From Colwellia polaris (GTDB lineage Archaea > Nanohalarchaeota > Nanosalinia > Nanosalinales > Nanosalinaceae), in assembly GCA_047617785.1 (NCBI GenBank), contig JBLGBK010000008.1, forward strand, positions 1 to 42,571: a DNA stretch of 42,571 bases, read 5' to 3'. The notes beneath the pieces are model-generated. The model worked only from the letters and a program-made list of their open reading frames with translations, searched no databases and had not been told where the DNA came from. A program made the translations under genes and the position numbers. How positions within the stretch are numbered: the first letter of the stretch is position 1; each line of letters starts with the position of its first letter. Shown here one piece after another: positions 36,153 to 42,571 of this stretch.

Positions 36153-36437
36153 TTAATCCTCAATCTGCTCTTTTGCAGCTTCAAGTTCTTCGGTTTCGAC
36201 CTGTAGAGCCTTGTTCAAGAGTTCGTCTGCTCCTGTATCCTGTTTGTAAGCTCCACCGGCTTCCTTATGTCCGCACTTCTGACACTCCCATACTCCTGCT
36301 GTAGTTCGCTCAATCTGATCGGAACCACATTCTGGGCATTCCTCATCGGTACGGTCTTCTGCTTCGTCTACGTTCTTCCTGATACGGCTTCCGTAACGGG
36401 AACCGAATCTTTTGGAAGACTTGTTTTCTCTTGGCAT
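36153..36437 (-). CDS. rpl37ae: Ribosomal protein eL43 (L37ae)
   Basis: RFGSRYG, CPECG, GVWECQKCG, AGGAY. Confidence 0.96.
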   Translation of the reverse strand: MPRENKSSKRFGSRYGSRIRKNVDEAEDRTDEECPECGSDQIERTTAGVWECQKCGHKEAGGAYKQDTGADELLNKALQVETEELEAAKEQIED

Positions 36438-36489
36438 TGTTTGTTAGTCACCTATTGTATAATATTTGAGAGATGGGAGGGGAATTTTT

Positions 36490-37278
36490 TTATTCCTCCG
36501 CCTCTTCAAGAACTTCTCTCAGTTTCTCTATCTGGTTTTTCGCTTCTTCCATGGTTTCCTTGATCTCGTTCTGACTGTAAGGCTGCATTCCTCCTTTCTG
36601 CATAGCCACTACATTGTCATCCTCTGTAAGAGTGACAGTCATTCGAGCGTCAAGAGCTTCTTCCTCTTCACCGGTTGTATCCCAGAGAAGAGCATCTTCG
36701 ATCTTACGGCCTGTAACAGTTACAGGCTCCTTTGTAAGTGGAATATCCTGGCTCTTATCGTCATGATCAAGAGTTCCTGTTTCTTCATCGTAAGGTGGAA
36801 GGTATCCTTCCTGAAGTGCTGCTACTGCTCCTAGTGCAGAGGCATCGATCAAGTTGCCGTCGTGGTTGAGAACGTGTACGTCGATGAAGATTGTGTAAAC
36901 CTCTTCTCCCTCTTCGATACACAGTTCTTCTAAGTCAACAGCTTCTGACTCTCTGATTCCACGGTCAACTACTCGTGCAAGTTCTACTCCTTCTTCCTGT
37001 GGAGGTCCAGATTCAAACTCTCGTGAAGCCATTGGAGCTAGTTCAGCGTTTGTGACGATTGTTCCTGAAGCCGGTCGATCCGGGTAAGGAGATTCAACGT
37101 CAACGCTGATACCTACAACTACTTGGGTATCACCGATTGAAACCTTGGCAGATCCCTGACTGGTTGTAGGGATGTATCCTGCTTCTAGTTCGATTTCTCT
37201 GTATTCATCTAGGTCTCGGCCATCAAGACGTTCGCCGTCTTTGGCCATCTTCTTGATTGTTTTCTCGTTAAGTTTCAT
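36490..37278 (-). CDS. rrp42: Exosome subunit Rrp42
   Basis: RLDGR, PYPDRP, ELARVVDRGIRES, DGNLIDA, AMQKGG. Confidence 0.96.
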   Translation of the reverse strand: MKLNEKTIKKMAKDGERLDGRDLDEYREIELEAGYIPTTSQGSAKVSIGDTQVVVGISVDVESPYPDRPASGTIVTNAELAPMASREFESGPPQEEGVELARVVDRGIRESEAVDLEELCIEEGEEVYTIFIDVHVLNHDGNLIDASALGAVAALQEGYLPPYDEETGTLDHDDKSQDIPLTKEPVTVTGRKIEDALLWDTTGEEEEALDARMTVTLTEDDNVVAMQKGGMQPYSQNEIKETMEEAKNQIEKLREVLEEAEE

Positions 37279-38009
37279 TGGAAGTCACCTGCTTCTTTAT
37301 TGTACTTGTCTTTCAATGCTTCTCTTTGCATTTCGTCGAGGTCTGCACAACCCTCTTTCGCAAGGCCGACACAGTTATCTACCTGTTCAACTGTCAGGTC
37401 TCCGTCCATCTGGAGAAGTGTGATCTCGTCGCCTCCGTTGATGGTTGCGATCGGGATGTCTGCGTTTCCTTCTTTATCTTCTTTTCCGATTACGTCCAGT
37501 ACAGGTGTATCAGCTACAACTCCTGCTGCGCATGCGGAAACTAGTCCTTTCATTGGCATTCCTGCGTCTGCTAGTGCAAGGCTTGCTGCTGTAATTCCTG
37601 CTGCTCGCGTTCCTCCGTCGGATTCGATGATTTCCATTGAGATATCGATTCCTGCTGTTGGGAACTGATCGAGCTCGATTGCTGGTTCTAGTGCTCTTCG
37701 TGCAACTAGTCCGATTTCTTTTGCTCTTCGGTTTGGTCCTGGGCTCATTCTGTCGTCTACGGAGAATGGAGCCATATTGTATCGCATCTTGATTACTGCT
37801 CTATCTGATTTCTGTAGATGCTTTGGGTGAAGGTCCTGTGGCCCGAAAACACTTGCGACTACGCGTGTGTTTCCTACTTCTACCATTGCTGATCCATCGG
37901 CTTCGGCGAGGACGCCTGCTTCCATAGTTGTTTCTCGCATTTCGTCTTTTTCTCTTCCGTCGATTCTTTTGCCTTCGTCGTCAAACCATTCGATTTCTTC
38001 TTCACTCAT
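37275..38009 (-). CDS. rrp41: Exosome subunit Rrp41
   Basis: RIDGR, YNMAPFSVDDR, DGGTR, LLQMDG. Confidence 0.96.
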   Translation of the reverse strand: MSEEEIEWFDDEGKRIDGREKDEMRETTMEAGVLAEADGSAMVEVGNTRVVASVFGPQDLHPKHLQKSDRAVIKMRYNMAPFSVDDRMSPGPNRRAKEIGLVARRALEPAIELDQFPTAGIDISMEIIESDGGTRAAGITAASLALADAGMPMKGLVSACAAGVVADTPVLDVIGKEDKEGNADIPIATINGGDEITLLQMDGDLTVEQVDNCVGLAKEGCADLDEMQREALKDKYNKEAGDFQ

Positions 38010-38713
38010 TATTGGTCACCTTCTTCGTTTTCGTCTTCTGTTTTTTCTTCAAGCCATTCTTCCATTCGGTCTGTTAGTCCATCTGTGTTGGCTTCTTCTT
38101 CGACTTTCTTGACAGCTTTTGCTGCAAGTGTCATGTCGCCGCCGTTGATCCATACTAGTCCGTTCTGTCCGACTAGAATGTTTGCTCCTGTGTAGTCGAT
38201 GATTTGTTTGACCATTGTTCCTTGTTTTCCTATTACTCGTGGAACCTTGCTTGGACTGATTTCGATGATGCGTCCGCCTTCAAGCTTCTTGCATCTTCGG
38301 TCTTCCATTGATAGGTCGACGTCTTTGGATTCGCTGACTGATGTGATCTCGATCATTACTGCGTCTCCTACGTCGAAGAAGTCTGTAAGATCGTCTTCGT
38401 CTAGGTCAACGTATTCATCGGTTGCGTCGGCGATGTTTAGTGTTCCTTCGTATGGAGAGTTGAAGTCTACGTTCCAGCGAGAGTAGCTTACCCTGCTGAT
38501 TTCTCCGATTACGATGTCGCCTTCCTGTGGTACGTATCGTCCGGAAAGCGGTCTTACTTGGATGTGATTGTTTTTGTATTGTACCGATCCTAGGTACTTT
38601 GAGTAGATTTTACCATTTTTCTGATATACACCGGATGCTGCATCGATATCTGTTCCATCGAAGACAGCTTCTCCAGGTGTAACAATTTCATTAGAGTCTT
38701 TCAAACGTGTCAT
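38009..38713 (-). CDS. rrp4: Exosome RNA-binding subunit Rrp4
   Basis: VTPGE, YVPQEGDIVIG (S1), KVPRVIGKQG and VGQNGLVWI (KH). ATG 38713 follows GAGGT. Confidence 0.95.
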   Translation of the reverse strand: MTRLKDSNEIVTPGEAVFDGTDIDAASGVYQKNGKIYSKYLGSVQYKNNHIQVRPLSGRYVPQEGDIVIGEISRVSYSRWNVDFNSPYEGTLNIADATDEYVDLDEDDLTDFFDVGDAVMIEITSVSESKDVDLSMEDRRCKKLEGGRIIEISPSKVPRVIGKQGTMVKQIIDYTGANILVGQNGLVWINGGDMTLAAKAVKKVEEEANTDGLTDRMEEWLEEKTEDENEEGDQ

Positions 38714-38876
38714 GTTAGTATTACCTCGAAAGTTGTCGGAAAGCCTCTGAACTTTTGATATGTGATTAAGATTTTCAGAGGCGTTCTCTAAGCTTTTCTC
38801 TTTATAATAACAGTTGGACAAGAAAGTTTTTTATAGCCTGTCTGCACAGGTGCGAGAACGTCGCTATTTCGCCTCT

Positions 38877-39623
38877 CTATATGTCTTGCTTGACTTGTGT
38901 CTTACCAGATGTCATCTCCTGAAGTTCTTCCAGCAATTCAGAGAAAACACCTGCAGGCATAGTAACTTTTGCATAGAAATAATCGTTACCCCATTCTTCA
39001 TCCTCTACTTCTGCCTGGCTCTGAATCTTATCGTATGCTTTACCAGCCTCATCGTTAGGGATCTGCAATACAACAGTCTTCTCGTCAAGCGAAACCGGTA
39101 TAATCGGACGGATCATATCGATAGCGTCTTGGAACTGGTCCTCGACAGGTTCAAATGCGTCAGCGTTGAAACCTGCTTCCTCCAATGCGTTTTCAACTCG
39201 CTGCGGCGGATGAGGGTTCCCTGTCTTCGGGTTCTGGACTCTGCGTGCAATCATGTTAACGACTTGTTTGTATTTATCTTCGCGGATTTCTGCTTTCTGC
39301 TCTGTAGTCAGCTGCATGTCGCCTTTCTTGAAGATTTCTTCTGCAGCTTCCATGACTTGTTTGGTTCCAAATTCTTCCTCTATCTGGCTTGGGGAGGCTC
39401 TTTTGCCTTTATCAGCATCAGTGAAAATTTCCTGTACAAACATTAGACGTGGCATGTCAAAGCTATCGCCTTCTAGCTTGGCTTTCTTTGCTGGATCAGG
39501 TTCTACAAGGATCTCGAAAACGTTTTCGCCATTGTACCTGATTCTTATTGCTTCAGAAGTATCTAGTCCTTCTTGCTCTCCTGAACCTTTATCGCCGGTG
39601 CTGACATTTCCCTGTTGACTCAT
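38877..39623 (-). CDS. sdo1: Ribosome maturation factor SBDS/Sdo1
   Basis: FEILVEP, IFTDADKGKRAS, QLTTEQK, NPKTGNPHPPQRVENA. Confidence 0.95.
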   Translation of the reverse strand: MSQQGNVSTGDKGSGEQEGLDTSEAIRIRYNGENVFEILVEPDPAKKAKLEGDSFDMPRLMFVQEIFTDADKGKRASPSQIEEEFGTKQVMEAAEEIFKKGDMQLTTEQKAEIREDKYKQVVNMIARRVQNPKTGNPHPPQRVENALEEAGFNADAFEPVEDQFQDAIDMIRPIIPVSLDEKTVVLQIPNDEAGKAYDKIQSQAEVEDEEWGNDYFYAKVTMPAGVFSELLEELQEMTSGKTQVKQDI

Positions 39624-39729
39624 ATGAACTACAATAGGTATTAGGGCTTAACAGTTTTTTGATTCGCTTAATTGTCCGGAAGAAATTTTTGATTTACAGA
39701 AAATATGAGAAAAATAGGGTGTTGGACTT

Positions 39730-40440
39730 TTACAGTCCGAGACCTCTGTCGTCAAGGTCTTCTGGGGTGATTCTCTGGAAGTTGTCTTCTTCGTCAACCT
39801 TTGACATTTCAAGGTTGGCGGTTTCCAGGTCTTCTTCGCCTTGGTTAAGTGCTTCGACTGCTAGTTCGATTGCTTCTTCTTCACTCAGATCTTCTTCCCA
39901 GTTCTCTTCTAGGTGTTCCTGTGCGTCCTTGCCGTTTTTACCGATTGCAATTGCCTGCCACTGGTTTAGTGTTCCGGAAGGATCTGTCTGGTAAACTGTT
40001 GCTTCACCATCTTTGATTCCTCCGCTGATTGTGGCTAGTCCGTATGGTCGTACTCCGCCGTACTGTGTGAATTGCTGGCATCGATCTGCTACAAACTTTG
40101 CGAGGACGCTTGGATCAATTGCCTCATCGTATGTCATCAGGTTTTTCTGTGCTTCTTCACGCGCTTCTTCAACAAGCGTTCTGCCGTCGGCTACAAGACC
40201 GGATGTGGCAATACCGATGTGATCATCGATCTTGAAAACCTTTTCAGGATTCCTTACTTGAAGCTCAGGAGTGCTTCGAGTTGCTGCAAGAACTACACCT
40301 TCATCGTAAACTATTCCAAGAGATGTAGCTCCTTTCTTTACTGCCTCCTTTGCATACTCTACCTGGAACAAACGTCCATCAGGTGAGAAGATTGTGATTC
40401 CACGGTCGTATTGTGCCTGTTGTTGATTAGTCATCTGCAT
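39730..40440 (-). CDS. psmA: Proteasome alpha subunit
   Basis: YDRGITIFSPDGRLFQVEYA, TQYGGVRPYG, TDPSG. Confidence 0.97.
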   Translation of the reverse strand: MQMTNQQQAQYDRGITIFSPDGRLFQVEYAKEAVKKGATSLGIVYDEGVVLAATRSTPELQVRNPEKVFKIDDHIGIATSGLVADGRTLVEEAREEAQKNLMTYDEAIDPSVLAKFVADRCQQFTQYGGVRPYGLATISGGIKDGEATVYQTDPSGTLNQWQAIAIGKNGKDAQEHLEENWEEDLSEEEAIELAVEALNQGEEDLETANLEMSKVDEEDNFQRITPEDLDDRGLGL

Positions 40441-40625
40441 TATTATTTTGTCACCTTAAACTCTTCTGTTCTAAATATTTGAGAAAACTCTGTATAACGA
40501 CAATGGGCATAGAATATTTATTAACCTGATGAGACCAAAACACCAGCGATACCAAAGCCAAAGACCCGCTGCCTAGAAAGGCTTTTTTAGATTACCACAT
40601 CAAATACACGATATACCGAACAGAG

Positions 40626-40749
40626 GGTCCACTAGCTCAGGGGTTAGAGCACCGTCCTTATAAGGACCTCACACAGAAAAATAGTTTGATCCTGTGTGTT
40701 GCCTCCATGAGTGAGGCGGCGGTCCCGGGTTCGAATCCCGGGTGGACCA
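40626..40749 (+). tRNA. tRNA-Ile(UAU) with a 51-nt intron at 37/38 (intron 40663-40713)
   Basis: Acceptor stem GGTCCAC/GTGGACC+A; D arm GCTC/GAGC; anticodon stem CCGTC/GGCGG with loop CT-TAT-A|A; T arm CCGGG-TTCGAAT-CCCGG; BHB-like helix CTTA/TGAG. Confidence 0.88.
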
Positions 40750-40885
40750 ACTTGTCCACATCTTGACAATTCTCATTATAAAGAAAATGGCTCAGCGGAA
40801 GGCTGAGATTTAGCTCCATTACCTGTGTATCCGTAAGGCATCATTTTGGTTGCGTCTGAATTTGACTCTCGTAGATTCGACCCTT

Positions 40886-41353
40886 TTAACCTATTTTTTG
40901 GGTATTTGTCATCACTTTGATTCCTATATCTTTTCCTTCTATATCCTGTTTTCTTTCCTTGACCACCGAATAACCGTTCTTCCTGTAGAAGCCTTCTGCT
41001 TCCAAAGAAGCCAGTGTTTCCATTTCTTCTAAACCTTCTTCTCTGGCTTTTTCTTCCAGCTTCTTAAGTAGCTTAGAACCTATTCCGGACTTCTTTCTAT
41101 CCGGAGACACGAAAATTCCTGCAACTGTTTCGCTCTCCTTCTGGAATCCGGCTACACCTATTATTTCGCCTTCCTCCTCTGCCACATAGTAGATATACCT
41201 GTCCTTTTCTGCAAAATCAACATTCATTTCAGGAATAACTTCTTCCAGATGCTCCTGCTGTTCCCCAGAATAGTATTCCGGTTCTATATCTTCTACAGCC
41301 CTTTGAATCAAAGGTTCTATTTCATCTTGTTTCTGGTAGCGTCTTATTTTCAT
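40886..41353 (-). CDS. GNAT N-acetyltransferase
   Basis: IFVSPDRKKSGIGSKLL (motif A); AEGFYRKNGY. Confidence 0.92.
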   Translation of the reverse strand: MKIRRYQKQDEIEPLIQRAVEDIEPEYYSGEQQEHLEEVIPEMNVDFAEKDRYIYYVAEEEGEIIGVAGFQKESETVAGIFVSPDRKKSGIGSKLLKKLEEKAREEGLEEMETLASLEAEGFYRKNGYSVVKERKQDIEGKDIGIKVMTNTQKIG

Positions 41354-41362
41354 TATAGAACT

Positions 41363-42274
41363 CTATTGTTGTTTTAGCTGCTTTTCAAGTCCTTCTTTGT
41401 TCATTCTCATCAGTTCTTCTGAACCTAATCTTATGCCGTCAATTAATCCTATTGTGGCGTGAAGTACTTCGTAGTAGTCTTTCCTATCTCTCCAGTCGTC
41501 TTTGAGTTTGTCTTTTCCATAGGCTTTGATGAAGGCTTCAGATATAGAGTATTCGTCTGTCCAGTGTTCGATAGCTCTCGTTATTTCGTACTCTCGGCAT
41601 CCGACAAAACTGGCTTCACAGTCCAAAACTCCCAACTTGTCGTTTTCGTTGATTACTGTGTTCCAAGCGTGGTAATCCCCGTGAATGAGAATAGGTTGAT
41701 AATCTCCTTCAATTCTTTCTAAGTTATCTTCCAAGTATTTGATGCCTTTGTCCGCTATATCCGGGGTATTGAAATTTTTCAAGAACTGTATCAGATTTGC
41801 GAGGAATTCTGTCCAGCCATCATAGGTTTTTTCTATTCCATTCTGGTTGAGCTCACCGAATTTTCGGTACTGGATTGAGTGTATTTCTGAGAGAGATTCG
41901 CCCAGTACCTTAGCCATTTCCTGCTTTCTTTCGTTTTCTTCTATCTTGAATCCTGTGTTTTCACCTTCTAACCAGTTGCAGATTATGTAGTCTTGATTGT
42001 TGGAGGTGATTATTTCTGGTGCTCTTAGGCTGGTTTTTGTCCGGATTTGGTTGAATGTGTATTTCTCTGCTGTCAGTCTCTGTTTTATAGTTCTGCCCCT
42101 TTCACCGCCTTCAGGTTGCTTATACAGGTAGACTCCTATCGCTCCCCTGTCTTCAGTCTGCACTCGGAAGATGTTCTTCATTCTTCCTGCTTCTTCCGAA
42201 ATCTTTTCTATAGAAACAGGTTGGATGGAATTTTCTTCCAATATTTTCTTAGCCTTATTTTTGATTTTAGACAC
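41363..42274 (-). CDS. APH/choline-kinase-family phosphotransferase
   Basis: APEI, WLEG, LSEIH, LIHGDYHAWN (Brenner motif), VLDCE. Confidence 0.88.
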   Translation of the reverse strand: MSKIKNKAKKILEENSIQPVSIEKISEEAGRMKNIFRVQTEDRGAIGVYLYKQPEGGERGRTIKQRLTAEKYTFNQIRTKTSLRAPEIITSNNQDYIICNWLEGENTGFKIEENERKQEMAKVLGESLSEIHSIQYRKFGELNQNGIEKTYDGWTEFLANLIQFLKNFNTPDIADKGIKYLEDNLERIEGDYQPILIHGDYHAWNTVINENDKLGVLDCEASFVGCREYEITRAIEHWTDEYSISEAFIKAYGKDKLKDDWRDRKDYYEVLHATIGLIDGIRLGSEELMRMNKEGLEKQLKQQ

Positions 42275-42444
42275 CTAATTGGGTTATAGCATCGAAACGA
42301 AAGTTATCTGATAATCTAGCTTTCTTCGAAACCAGTTAATATTTTTTTTGGAAGTGTCAAGTCTTCTCCAACAGAAGTTTAATACTTAGCAGACAAATCT
42401 ATGGTAGAACCATTGGATCAGTGTTAAGATTTGGACATCTTGGT

Positions 42445-42459
42445 CGGGTGGACCAACTT
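42445..42459 (+). repeat. Duplicated tRNA 3' end (att-like site)
   Basis: 15/15 identity to 40739-40753. Confidence 0.8.
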
Positions 42460-42571
42460 ACCCCATGAGTAAATCAGAAGAATTCTTCGGGCGTTGATTT
42501 ATGACTTCAGTTTAAGTCTAACAATTTTAGGCTGTACCTATGTATTCTCATTCTGAAAACAAAGTACGTTG

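Larger units (their letters stand above)
40739..42459. mobile_element. tRNA-integrated mini-islet bounded by a 15-bp direct repeat
   Basis: CGGGTGGACCAACTT at 40739-40753 (tRNA 3' end) and at 42445-42459; two cargo genes; no integrase inside. Confidence 0.6.

Noticed and set aside
38814-39446. 210-aa plus-strand ORF and the many other 60-130 aa overlapping ORFs
   Set aside because: They are antisense or alternate-frame shadows of well-supported genes and carry no motifs.
40886-42274. Aminoglycoside resistance cassette (APH plus AAC)
   Set aside because: Only superfamily-level motifs are visible, so the substrate cannot be assigned from the sequence.
1-42571. CRISPR array, rRNA, transposase or integrase
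   Set aside because: I saw no regularly spaced repeats, rRNA-like sequence or recombinase motifs.

Overview
This window is archaeal. The proteome is strongly acidic, GGTGA/GAGGT Shine-Dalgarno sites are frequent, and an exosome operon is intact, so by inference it is a Nanohaloarchaeota/DPANN-type halophile rather than a Halobacterium. Contents in order: (1) a surface-protein cluster with a Tat lipoprotein and a 1533-aa Cys-rich protein; (2) a formate/nitrite transporter; (3) two tandem prolyl-tRNA synthetases; (4) a ~12-kb AT-rich glycosylation island; (5) an amidohydrolase and a DEAD-box helicase; (6) two glutamate-cysteine-ligase (GCL)-fold paralogs plus an M20 hydrolase; (7) psmB, aCPSF1, sepF and the proteasome/exosome superoperon; (8) an intron-containing tRNA-Ile(UAU) followed by a small islet bounded by a direct repeat. 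The standout is the bacterial-type ProRS (8727-9944), which has zero prolines in 405 aa, including at normally conserved positions. It sits beside an ordinary Pro-rich archaeal ProRS. It also shares a homologous uORF/hairpin leader with a GCL-fold gene 22 kb away. The second GCL-fold gene has an Ile-rich leader peptide followed by competing RNA stems. Together these suggest an undescribed amino-acid-starvation response system (inference).
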